A DNA stretch of 42,461 nt from Aquificaceae bacterium (GCA_041640635.1 JBEPZX010000011.1:1-42461); one strand, 5' to 3'. Shown: positions 27,678-37,843, counted from the stretch's first letter. Made by a program: numbers and translations. Notes: generated from the sequence alone by a model not told the origin.

Positions 27678-28565
27678 ATGGCTAAACTTCTTACATTTAT
27701 AATATTTGCTCTTTATTTTCCCTTTTACTTTTCATTTTCTGCAGATTTGCTACAAGCCTTCTTTCCTACTTATACGCTAAAAGAAAGAAACTTTGAAAAA
27801 GCTGTGGATGATATTAAAAACTCTCTGGAAGCACAAGGCATAAAAGTATACAGAATCTTAAAGATTTCAGAAGCTCTAAAAAACAGAGGTGTAGAGTTTA
27901 CTGATTACTATGTGATATTTGCTTGTCAGATGGAAAATATGGATAAAATCTTAACAAAAGCTCCAGCTCTTTCTAACCTTATACCATGTAGCTTGCCTGT
28001 TTACAAGGATAAAGATGGATCTATTAAAGTGTCTACAATTAATGGTACACCTTTTCTTGCTAAGTATGGTAAATTTTTGACTCCTGAGCAAAGAATGGAT
28101 ATTGTCTCCACTTATAGGAAACTTAGGTATAGTTTGAACAACTTGAGTGTAAGACATGTCAAACTCCAAAGAATCCCCGCGCCTATGGAAGAATTAGTAA
28201 GTGAAGAGGTTGTGAAAAACATAACCTACGATGAATTTAGAATGCTGTTTGAGTCCTCATTAAATGGAGCTAACATGAATGTTTTAGATACCATTAAGGT
28301 GAGCTCAGAGCCTAAGTTTGATATATTCCTCGCTTGTAACTTATCCTACGGTGAAAGCATCTTTAAGAGTCTCCCCCAATTTGGAGCTTTAGCACCTTGT
28401 AGAATCTACACCTACGAAACAAAAGAAGACATAAGAGTAGGATACATAAATATGAAACTATTTGCTAGAATGTATAAGCCTTACTTAAGTAAAGATGGTA
28501 TTAAAATTTTTGAGCAAGCTGAAGAGGATGTAAAGAAAGCTGTAAAAGAAGCTGGAGGTAATTGA
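27678..28565 (+). CDS. Exported tandem DUF302-domain protein
   Basis: Signal peptide; two repeats of IF(L)AC...PC..(V/I)Y pattern. Confidence 0.7.
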   Translation: MAKLLTFIIFALYFPFYFSFSADLLQAFFPTYTLKERNFEKAVDDIKNSLEAQGIKVYRILKISEALKNRGVEFTDYYVIFACQMENMDKILTKAPALSNLIPCSLPVYKDKDGSIKVSTINGTPFLAKYGKFLTPEQRMDIVSTYRKLRYSLNNLSVRHVKLQRIPAPMEELVSEEVVKNITYDEFRMLFESSLNGANMNVLDTIKVSSEPKFDIFLACNLSYGESIFKSLPQFGALAPCRIYTYETKEDIRVGYINMKLFARMYKPYLSKDGIKIFEQAEEDVKKAVKEAGGN

Positions 28566-28576
28566 TCATCAATGAT

Positions 28577-28607
28577 GGCTGTTCCTAAAGGAACAGTCTA
28601 TCGTTTT
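28577..28607 (+). terminator. Putative terminator of the sox operon
   Basis: GGCTGTTCC-TAAA-GGAACAGTC stem followed by GTTTT. Confidence 0.55.
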
Positions 28608-28741
28608 AAAAAAATTTCATATAAAAGCACTGAGTTTTAGCTTCGGAACGCGTATGTTGTTGAAAATTCAAAGAATTGCCTAAAAATAAATCCCGTAAAA
28701 GTACGTAATGGCTGAACTTTACTACCTTGTGTTATTGTGAT

Positions 28742-28784
28742 TTGATTTTAATCATATTGCAAATTATTCTCATTTAATTATAAT
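28742..28784 (+). promoter_or_regulatory. ahpC promoter: FNR/DNR-like box, TTGCAA-16bp-TATAAT, overlapping Fur/PerR-like box
   Basis: TTGAT-TTTA-ATCAT 28742-28755; -35 28757-28762; TGCAAAT-T-ATTCTCA 28758-28772; -10 28779-28784. Confidence 0.65.
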
Positions 28785-28820
28785 ACTAAATATCAAAATA
28801 CTTAAAAGGAGGTAAGCACT

Positions 28821-29420
28821 ATGGAAGCTGTAAAGGTAGGACAGAAAGTCCCAAACTTTGAAATGGAGGTATACTTCCCCAAAACGAAGAGCTTTGGGAA
28901 AATAGTTTTAGAAGACTTGCTCAGAGAAAGAAAATGGGTAGTACTATTTTTCTACCCAGCTGATTTCACATTTGTTTGCCCTACAGAACTTGCAGACTTG
29001 GCTGAACATTACCATGAGCTAGAACAAATAGGTGTAGAGGTAATATCTGTATCCACAGACACCAAGTATACACATTTAGCATGGCAAACAACGGAGAAGC
29101 TATTGGAAAATGTAATGTATCCAATGGGAGCAGATCCTACAGGTAAGGTTTCAAGACTCTTTGGTGTTTATGATGAGAATACTGGGCTTGCTTTAAGAGG
29201 TACGTTTATAATAAATCCTGATGGTACTTTAGTCGGTTCCGAAGTCAATTTTTACAACGTAGGAAGGAATGCAGAAGAGCTCGTTAGAAAAATGAAGGCG
29301 AATGCCTACCTTATGAGTCATCCAGATGAGGCATGCCCAGCTAGATGGAAGGAAGGTGAAAAGACCCTAAAGCCTTCTGAAGAGATGGTAGGTAATGTAT
29401 ACCAGGCTCTTCAAGGCTAA
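28821..29420 (+). CDS. ahpC: 2-Cys peroxiredoxin AhpC
   Basis: FYPADFTFVCPTE, GRN..E, ACPARW. Confidence 0.95.
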   Translation: MEAVKVGQKVPNFEMEVYFPKTKSFGKIVLEDLLRERKWVVLFFYPADFTFVCPTELADLAEHYHELEQIGVEVISVSTDTKYTHLAWQTTEKLLENVMYPMGADPTGKVSRLFGVYDENTGLALRGTFIINPDGTLVGSEVNFYNVGRNAEELVRKMKANAYLMSHPDEACPARWKEGEKTLKPSEEMVGNVYQALQG

Positions 29421-29444
29421 ATTATAATAAGATGGAGGTAAAAA

Positions 29445-30416
29445 ATGGAGATAACATTGGATTACAAGACAGATAAAATTTACGACGTAATTATTATAGG
29501 TGGGGGTCCTGCTGGAGCCTCTGCTGCTATATATGCATCTAGAGCCGGGCTTTCCACCTTGGTTCTGTATCGTGCGGAAGCTGACGGTGCTTTGGGAGTT
29601 ACGCAACAGATAGAGAACTACCCAGGTATCAGAGGACCAATATCAGGTTACGAACTTCTGAGACTTATAAGAGACCATGCCAAAGCCTTTGGTGCAGAAT
29701 TTGTGAGAGGTAAGGTTATAGCTACAGATATCTTAGGAGAAATCAAAAAAGTTTACACTATTGACGGACGGGAGTTCAAATCAAGAGCTCTAATAGTAGC
29801 GTCCGGTGCCATGGAAAGGACAAACAAGTATAAGAACGAGGAAGAGCTCTTGGGAAGAGGCGTTTCTTACTGTGGAATATGTGATGCAGCCTTCTTCAAA
29901 AACAAACCTGTAGCGGTAATTGGAGATGATGATTACGCCTTAGAAGAAACTGAACTTATATCACGTTTTGCGAGCAAGATATACTTAATAGTGCCATCAA
30001 GTAAAATAAAAGCTCCACATGAAACCATAGAAGAAATCAGAGAAAAGGAAAATGTTGAAATACTACTACATCATAGGATTGTAGAAATCCTAGGAACTTC
30101 CCTTGTAGAAGGTATAAAGGTTTACGATATTGATAAAAAGGAAGAAAAGATACTTAATGTTGATGGTGTATTTATCTTTTTAGGAGGTAATAAGCCATCC
30201 ATTGACTTTTTAATGAACCAGGTTGAAACAACAGATGGTGGCTGTATCGTGGTAAATGAAGAAAACATGACATCCATAAACGGTGTATTCGCATGCGGAG
30301 ATGTGTTGTGCAATAATATAAAACAAGCCGTTATTGCTGCAGCTGATGGAGTAAAGGCAGCCTTGGCGGTTGATAAATACTTAAAGAAAAAATCAAAGAT
30401 TACAGCTCAATGGTAA
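29445..30416 (+). CDS. trxB: Thioredoxin reductase-family flavoprotein with atypical nucleotide-binding motif
   Basis: IIGGGPAG, IENYPG, GRGVSYCGICD, GVFACGD; GDDDYA replaces GGGxxA. Confidence 0.85.
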   Translation: MEITLDYKTDKIYDVIIIGGGPAGASAAIYASRAGLSTLVLYRAEADGALGVTQQIENYPGIRGPISGYELLRLIRDHAKAFGAEFVRGKVIATDILGEIKKVYTIDGREFKSRALIVASGAMERTNKYKNEEELLGRGVSYCGICDAAFFKNKPVAVIGDDDYALEETELISRFASKIYLIVPSSKIKAPHETIEEIREKENVEILLHHRIVEILGTSLVEGIKVYDIDKKEEKILNVDGVFIFLGGNKPSIDFLMNQVETTDGGCIVVNEENMTSINGVFACGDVLCNNIKQAVIAAADGVKAALAVDKYLKKKSKITAQW

Positions 30417-30423
30417 TCTAAAG

Positions 30424-30457
30424 AAGGCCTAGATTTCCTTGTTAAGTTTAGGCCTTT
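30424..30457. terminator. Hairpin between convergent trxB and trpC
   Basis: AAGGCCTA...TAGGCCTT inverted repeat. Confidence 0.5.
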
Positions 30458-30470
30458 GAGTCTTTTCCTT

Positions 30471-31253
30471 TTAGTTGAAACAAAAGCCTAGTAATTCACG
30501 AAGTTTCTTTGTTGGATCTTCACTCTTCATTAATGAAGTTCCAATCAAGAAGGCATCTATACCTGAATTTTCAAGTTCCAAAATTTGCTCTCTACTCTCT
30601 ATTCCACTTTCAGCTATAACAAATTTAGCTCCCATTTCTTTAATCTTTGGTCCTAAGGTTTTGGATTTGTTAATATCTACTTGAAAGGTATCTAAATCTC
30701 TGTTATTTATGCCTATTATATTTGCACCAGCTTTTATAGCTTTTTCGGCTTCTTTTATATCAAAGACTTCAACCAGAGAGCTAAGGCCAAGTTCTTTGGC
30801 GTAATCTATTAGGTCTTTGAGTAAAGGCTCTTCTAATATTCTCACTATCAAAAGCACTATGTCAGCACCAAATGCTTTTGCTTCTTCCAATTGTATAGGA
30901 TCTATAATAAAGTCTTTTCTGAGAAGTGGTAAATCAATAGCCTTTCTTACTTGAATTAGGTCTTCCAAAGAACCCTTAAAAAACTCCTTATCTGTAAGCA
31001 CAGATATGGCAACAGCACCAGCTGATTGATATAGTTTGGCTTGTTCTACAGAAGATACGTTTTTTATATCTCCAGCAGAAGGAGAAGCCCTTTTTACCTC
31101 TGCTATCACTCTCGTTCTACAGGATACTAAGGATTTTTCAAAATCCAAATACTTTTTGCGCTCTAAGATCATATCCCTTAATAAGCTTCTGTATGCACAA
31201 TCTCTTACAATTTCTTTTCTTTTATTTTCTACAATTTTTTCAAGTATGCCCAT
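30471..31253 (-). CDS. trpC: Indole-3-glycerol phosphate synthase
   Basis: IAEVKRASPS, ISVLTD, LRKDFI, GINNRDL, AESGI. Confidence 0.96.
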   Translation of the reverse strand: MGILEKIVENKRKEIVRDCAYRSLLRDMILERKKYLDFEKSLVSCRTRVIAEVKRASPSAGDIKNVSSVEQAKLYQSAGAVAISVLTDKEFFKGSLEDLIQVRKAIDLPLLRKDFIIDPIQLEEAKAFGADIVLLIVRILEEPLLKDLIDYAKELGLSSLVEVFDIKEAEKAIKAGANIIGINNRDLDTFQVDINKSKTLGPKIKEMGAKFVIAESGIESREQILELENSGIDAFLIGTSLMKSEDPTKKLRELLGFCFN

Positions 31254-31843
31254 TAAGGATATACCCTTTTATAACTCTTTCCTTCCTTTGCGTATATGGC
31301 TTCTACACCGAAGTTGTTTTTGTAAAGTTCATCGTATATCCTTTTTGCTTCTTGGTAACCATTAACCGCTAGAACTACACCACATCTAGGATCTATTTCA
31401 TCTGGTATAGGAATAAGTTTGGCTTTGCCTCTTAGATACTTTTCTGCTCTAGTACCTTCCGAAATAGCCGAAAAGGTTATAAAGTGGTCTGGTTTTTTTA
31501 TGAAAGGATTGAGCATTATTAAAATATGCCTTATATGCAGCTTGACACCTAAGGAGTGAAACTTAATCCAATACCAAAGGGATGGTTCTATTGCTTCTGA
31601 TCGCTTGCGTATAGTAGCTACTACCTTTTCATCTACCTTTTCAACACCCAAAAGCTCATTTCCTGTTTGTTTACACCAATTGTATATGTCTTTCTCAAAA
31701 CCTGGATCAGAAGATACAACCTTTATAACTTCACCTTCCTTTAGCTTTTTCACATTTTCGGAAGTTATCACTATAGGAAGTGGGCACATTAAACCGGTAA
31801 GATCCAAAACCTTTTCTTTTTCCTTCTCCTTTAATGCTTCCAT
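31253..31843 (-). CDS. TusA/SirA sulfur-carrier domain fused to DUF3343-like domain
   Basis: LDLTGLMCPLP...D...DI..WC...GN; C-terminal ITF......AEK.L...IPIP.EI...CG; SD GAGGTG before ATG 31843. Confidence 0.8.
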   Translation of the reverse strand: MEALKEKEKEKVLDLTGLMCPLPIVITSENVKKLKEGEVIKVVSSDPGFEKDIYNWCKQTGNELLGVEKVDEKVVATIRKRSEAIEPSLWYWIKFHSLGVKLHIRHILIMLNPFIKKPDHFITFSAISEGTRAEKYLRGKAKLIPIPDEIDPRCGVVLAVNGYQEAKRIYDELYKNNFGVEAIYAKEGKSYKRVYP

Positions 31844-31851
31844 GTCACACC

Positions 31852-32703
31852 TCACACAGCCAGTTTTATAGAATCGCCTTGGGTATTTTCACTAAAGCCT
31901 TCTATGTATAAATTTAGGAGTTTGGCAGACTTTTCAAGGGTATCCACAAAGGTTTTATCATAAAGTCTGAATAAGCTAGAAACATAAAAGACTACATAAC
32001 CTTGACCTATGGAAAACTTAACTGGCACATAAAGCGCCTTTTCTTCTTTGTTTATCAGTGATTCTTTGGACAAAGGTCCCGATTTGGCAACTATAATTAT
32101 TCTCTCAATAGAAAATTGTTCTTTTATCTTTTTTAGGTAGCCTTCAACTGTGGGTTCATCTATGGCGTGGAATAAAAAATCTATGTTGGAATTTTTGGTT
32201 ATATCTCTTTCAACTTGAGCCAAATCTTTTGTCAGCTGAAAGAAGGAATTTCTCAATTTTCTTATATAATTCCTCTCCTTTTTAAGTGTGTAACTTAAGT
32301 CTACATCCAAAGAAGCTAAGAAGAATACAAAGGATAGAGGTAAAAGTTTTATGCCTTCTATACCTGCATAGTATAGGTATATGAATACGTGCGACCAAAG
32401 AAAAACCAAAGCCATGGAAGTGCTTCTGTTGGTGTAGTAAATCATTAGAGGTATCAAAGCAAATGAAGCTTTTGCATCTCCAGATGCAGCTACTGCGGGG
32501 ATTAAAAGAACATCTATATAGTTGCCCAACTTAACGAGTTTTCCAGGGTAAAGAAAATTAATAACAGAGAGAGTGAAGTAAATGGCAAGGAAGGAAAGAG
32601 AAAAAGCTTTTGCATAAGGTTCCAATGAAAATGCGTAAAAAGCTATGTATAAAGATAAAAGTAATCTTATTGTTAATCTGAATACCACTACATTACCAAA
32701 CAC
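31852..32703 (-). CDS. Hypothetical membrane protein (multi-TM N-terminus, coiled coil, soluble C-terminal domain)
   Basis: Hydrophobic N-terminal half; GTG start; tightly packed in operon. Confidence 0.6.
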   Translation of the reverse strand: MFGNVVVFRLTIRLLLSLYIAFYAFSLEPYAKAFSLSFLAIYFTLSVINFLYPGKLVKLGNYIDVLLIPAVAASGDAKASFALIPLMIYYTNRSTSMALVFLWSHVFIYLYYAGIEGIKLLPLSFVFFLASLDVDLSYTLKKERNYIRKLRNSFFQLTKDLAQVERDITKNSNIDFLFHAIDEPTVEGYLKKIKEQFSIERIIIVAKSGPLSKESLINKEEKALYVPVKFSIGQGYVVFYVSSLFRLYDKTFVDTLEKSAKLLNLYIEGFSENTQGDSIKLAV

Positions 32704-32709
32704 TTGTGT

Positions 32710-32973
32710 TTATTCCACCTCAATTTTTCTTGTCTTTTCTTTCTTAGTAGGTTTACCTTCTACTTTATTTTCCAATTGGGAAACCTTGTAATCTATTATT
32801 GCTTTTATAGCTTTGAGCACGGAAAGTTGAGCAGTGAAAATTTGTTTTTTTACGTCTTCTCTTACTTCTTTTGGAGGCAAAAGCTTATCGATTAAGTAAT
32901 AAAGGCTTTTGTTCATTTCCTTAACTTGATCCTCTAAACTTTCAACTTTTAATTCTTCTTGCTTCTCCTTCAT
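32710..32973 (-). CDS. Small helical hypothetical protein
   Basis: Charged amphipathic ORF that fills the operon gap; TAAAAT 9 nt upstream of ATG. Confidence 0.65.
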   Translation of the reverse strand: MKEKQEELKVESLEDQVKEMNKSLYYLIDKLLPPKEVREDVKKQIFTAQLSVLKAIKAIIDYKVSQLENKVEGKPTKKEKTRKIEVE

Positions 32974-32985
32974 AATCTTATAATT

Positions 32986-33756
32986 TTAATCTCTTTCTTT
33001 GTATGTAAAGATTTTTGCACCGACCAAGACTAATTGAAAGCTTAGATATAACCAAACCAAAAATATTAAAAAGGAGCCAACTAATCCGTAAAGGGGGTTT
33101 AGAGTCACAAATTTTACAAGTAAAGAAACAAAAAGCTTGTTAAAGAAGTACAAAAAAATGGAGATTAATAATGATACGTAAAAAGTCTTTGCCGTACTTG
33201 CATTTATAAAGTATTTGTATACAGCGAATAGAACTATTAATAGAAAAAGCAAGTTTGCAAGAAAAGTGAAAGGGATTTTTACTATGAAAAACTTCAAAAG
33301 AGCATACGCGGTTATTATTGCAATAGAGAGCAAGGAAAAAATGAAAGTAAGTATGGGCAAGAAGACCCAAAAAGATATTTCGCTTCTTTGCTTTATATCA
33401 CACTTTACGTATGCGAATGCTTTGTATAAATTCTTAATGAAGCTTACAGAGAAAAAATAAGCTAGTAAAAAGGATAGAAGGGAGAAAGTAGTTTTCCCTT
33501 TATAAAATCTTGATATCGTCAGTATGACTTCATTAGTATGTTGAGGGAAAATCTGTACGGCTATAGATACTATTCTTTCATAACTCAAAAAAGGTGTGTA
33601 GGAAGCCAAAATGCTAAGGATGGAAAAGAGAGAACCAATAACTATAATAAAATTGTAAGTTAATGCTCCTGCATGGTAAGAGAACTCTCCCTTTAGAAGG
33701 TGGTAAACTGCTCTAAGCAGTATGTAAACTTCTTGCTTAATTGTTTGGTAATTCAT
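32986..33756 (-). CDS. YihY/virulence factor BrkB-family membrane protein
   Basis: AGALTY, YGLVGSFLIFLVWLYLS..LVLVGA; start uncertain (33756 or 33765). Confidence 0.85.
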   Translation of the reverse strand: MNYQTIKQEVYILLRAVYHLLKGEFSYHAGALTYNFIIVIGSLFSILSILASYTPFLSYERIVSIAVQIFPQHTNEVILTISRFYKGKTTFSLLSFLLAYFFSVSFIKNLYKAFAYVKCDIKQRSEISFWVFLPILTFIFSLLSIAIITAYALLKFFIVKIPFTFLANLLFLLIVLFAVYKYFINASTAKTFYVSLLISIFLYFFNKLFVSLLVKFVTLNPLYGLVGSFLIFLVWLYLSFQLVLVGAKIFTYKERD

Positions 33757-34840
33757 ATAAAACATCTTCTCCAAAAGGACTTTTAAATTTATACGTATTG
33801 TCCCAGTGCTCAACCAAGTAGTTTGGAAAAACAGGTACCTTTCCTTTGCCACCTGGAAGATCTACAGCGTATGTGGGTATTCCCATTCCGGCTATTTTTC
33901 CTCTCAAGTATTCCATAATTTCTAAACCTTTTTCTATACTTGTTCTGAAGTGGATAGCGCCTTTTATAGGATCACAGTGAAATAAATATACAGGTCTTAC
34001 TTTGATCTTTAACAGTCCTCTAAATAGTTCCAACATGGTTTCTGGTTTATCGTTTATACCTTTGAGCAAAACAGTTTGGTTGTTTACTGGGATACCACGC
34101 CTTAAGAGTCTATCTATGGCTTCTTGGGCATAAGGGGTTATTTCTCTAGGATGGTTAAAGTGCGTATTTATCCATATGGGAGAGTATTTTTCCAGAATGT
34201 CCAATATTTTATCATCGAAGAACCTTTGGGGAGCTAGAACTGGCAATCTTGTGCCAAAGCGTATAATCTCTATATGTTTTATTTCCCTGAGCTTAGAAAG
34301 TAAGTATTGAAGTTTCTCGTAGCCAATTGACAGGGGTTCACCACCTGAAATTAGGACATCCTTTACCTCTTCGTGTTTTCTTATGTAATCTATCATTACA
34401 TCCATTTCTTTCTTGCTTTTAGAGTGTTCACCATGGGCAAATATTCTCTTTCTCATGCAATGTCTACAGTAGACGGCACAAAAAGTCGTGACATTCAACA
34501 AAACTCTATCTGGGTATCTATGGGTTAAACCAGGTATTTGGTTTTCTTCGTTAAAGGGGTTTTCATCGCCTACAGATTGAACCTTTTCATCCACTTCTAT
34601 GGCTCTTGGTATAGCTTGTAGCCTAATAGGGTCTTGGGGATCTTCTGGATTTATAAGTGAAAAATAGTAAGGCGTTATAGCCAATGGGTATATACCTTCA
34701 GTTTTTTTTACACCTTCTATTTCTTCTGGTAAAAGCCTTATGTATTTGGCAAGTTGGTCAAGACTTTTTATTCTGTTTTTTATTTGCCAATTGTAATCTC
34801 TCCAAAGATATTCTGGAATATCACTAAAAAAGCTCCTCAT
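33737..34840 (-). CDS. epmB: KamA-family radical SAM lysine 2,3-aminomutase (EpmB role likely)
   Basis: GLTHRYPDRVL, CAVYCRHCMRK, SGGEPL, THFNHP, NQTVLLKGIND, PGGKGK; start ATG 34840. Confidence 0.88.
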   Translation of the reverse strand: MRSFFSDIPEYLWRDYNWQIKNRIKSLDQLAKYIRLLPEEIEGVKKTEGIYPLAITPYYFSLINPEDPQDPIRLQAIPRAIEVDEKVQSVGDENPFNEENQIPGLTHRYPDRVLLNVTTFCAVYCRHCMRKRIFAHGEHSKSKKEMDVMIDYIRKHEEVKDVLISGGEPLSIGYEKLQYLLSKLREIKHIEIIRFGTRLPVLAPQRFFDDKILDILEKYSPIWINTHFNHPREITPYAQEAIDRLLRRGIPVNNQTVLLKGINDKPETMLELFRGLLKIKVRPVYLFHCDPIKGAIHFRTSIEKGLEIMEYLRGKIAGMGIPTYAVDLPGGKGKVPVFPNYLVEHWDNTYKFKSPFGEDVLYELPNN

Positions 34841-34858
34841 TGCTATGTTATAATTTAA

Positions 34859-36136
<1,278 letters not shown>

Positions 36137-36186
36137 ATTTTAGAATTTTGGATTTAATTTAAAAATGATCTTTGTCTTTAAAACCT

Positions 36187-36453
36187 TCAAAATTTATTTC
36201 TATTCTCTTTTACCTTTTTTATAAATACCAAAACTTTTGCAACTGCTCTATAAAGCTCAGGAGGAATTTCTTCGTATACTTCTACATTCATCATAGCAGA
36301 CAGAAGGTACTTATCTTCTACTATAGGAATGTTGTTCTCTTTTGCTATTTTTATTATTTTCTCTGCCATTTCTCCTGTACCCTTTGCAACTACTACTGGA
36401 GCATTGTCTTTCCCTTGTTCATACTTTAGAGCTACAGCCTTTTTCTTTTCCAT
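36187..36453 (-). CDS. Stand-alone FlhB C-terminal domain protein (FlhX/YlqH-like)
   Basis: AVALKY...APVVVAKG.G..A..II..A.E..IP...EIP.ELY.AVA. Confidence 0.88.
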   Translation of the reverse strand: MEKKKAVALKYEQGKDNAPVVVAKGTGEMAEKIIKIAKENNIPIVEDKYLLSAMMNVEVYEEIPPELYRAVAKVLVFIKKVKENRNKF

Positions 36454-36455
36454 AA

Positions 36456-37838
36456 TCAAACCGCCATATGAAAACCTTCTTTACCTATAAATTCAACTAC
36501 TTCCTCTACATGTTCCTTTTTCCCTACAACATTTACATAGAATCCTGATAGTCCTATACCTTCTTGTGCCATCAGTTCCCTGAATAGGTTTTCGTTGGTG
36601 CGTAAGAGGTCAGCTATTGGTTCACTATCCGTCGAAATTTTAACCCTTATAGAAGAAATCTTTTCTGTCTTTGGAGCGGTTATAAACGCAGATATGTAGT
36701 GATCTAGGTAATTTAGATTAATAAGCACCTTGTATTCTTCTTTTATGTCAAAGATTATTCCACCCTTAGCATTTTCGTAATTTACGGGTAGAAAGAGTTG
36801 ACCATTTTTCAAAAGTGCGTATTGAGCAACTACTATATACTCAAATTTTAGAACAAGGTCTTGAAAAGTGGAAAGATTTATCATTAAAGGTTTATCTAGA
36901 ATTTCTTTTGCGTAGAGTCTAATATTGTCTATACCTTCTTGATTCTGTAAGAGATTGTCGATGAGTCTTTTCAATTCGTGGTCTGTAACATTATTGGAAA
37001 GAAGCTTTAAGTCAAATAGAGCTTTAATAAACCTTTCCCTGAAGGGCAAATTTTCATTTTTATCTATAACTTTTAAAAGCTCCTGGAAGACTTTATCTTC
37101 TTGTCCAAGCTCCAAGTATTTGAGTATAGGCTCATCTTTTAGGTGTTTTACTATTTTCACGTATTCTTCATGACTCAATTTTTTAAGAGTGAGAGTATCC
37201 AAGGACTCTAATAAAATACCTATGTCTTTATTCATTTTTTGTAAGTTGCTTAGTATGTGCTTAAGGTAAGATACAATTTGAGTATTATCCATTCCTTCCA
37301 TACTGATCCATTGGGCAATGTTCTTAAGTATTTGTGCTTTTGTGTCTGAGAGTAAGTCTTCCAGTTTTAACTTGCCAGTTAGGAAATCAAAAAGTTTCTT
37401 TTCATATAGGATGCCAGATAGGAATATGCTCTCTCTTAGGTCTTCAGAGGGATAGAGTATGGGATTTTTCCCTTCAAGGAGGCTTTCAAGTAAAATTTGA
37501 TGCTTTAAGCTACTTTGTAGCTTAGTAACCTTAAAAGTAAGTGGGTTGTGTTCCTGGATACTCAATTCTAGTTGATCTTCCTTCTGTAATGCTATATCCA
37601 TATTGTTTTCAGCTACTATTTCATAGCCATTATCCAAAAATAATCTTACTTTTCCTTGGGATACATCCATAACTGTAGCTTTGAATTTCTCTTTATCTTT
37701 CATGATTTCCAACAAAACTTGAGGAACTTGGGATATTAGCTTAATTCTGAGAGTTTCCCCAGTCTTTTGTGTTTGTATGCCTTGACCTTGCTCCCTTAAT
37801 GCCTCTAAAATGATCCCTTCAATACGACGGATTTCCAT
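36456..37838 (-). CDS. Hypothetical protein, possible FliK-like hook-length control protein
   Basis: SGILYEKKL and D.K..L.K motifs, C-terminal beta-beta-beta-alpha pattern; coupled to the FlhB-like gene. Confidence 0.5.
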   Translation of the reverse strand: MEIRRIEGIILEALREQGQGIQTQKTGETLRIKLISQVPQVLLEIMKDKEKFKATVMDVSQGKVRLFLDNGYEIVAENNMDIALQKEDQLELSIQEHNPLTFKVTKLQSSLKHQILLESLLEGKNPILYPSEDLRESIFLSGILYEKKLFDFLTGKLKLEDLLSDTKAQILKNIAQWISMEGMDNTQIVSYLKHILSNLQKMNKDIGILLESLDTLTLKKLSHEEYVKIVKHLKDEPILKYLELGQEDKVFQELLKVIDKNENLPFRERFIKALFDLKLLSNNVTDHELKRLIDNLLQNQEGIDNIRLYAKEILDKPLMINLSTFQDLVLKFEYIVVAQYALLKNGQLFLPVNYENAKGGIIFDIKEEYKVLINLNYLDHYISAFITAPKTEKISSIRVKISTDSEPIADLLRTNENLFRELMAQEGIGLSGFYVNVVGKKEHVEEVVEFIGKEGFHMAV

Positions 37839-37843
37839 TATGT

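Noticed and set aside
28608..28740. Possible ncRNA or small ORF in the sox-ahpC gap
   Set aside because: No convincing stem set, riboswitch motif or SD-led ORF; an Rfam/Infernal search would be needed.
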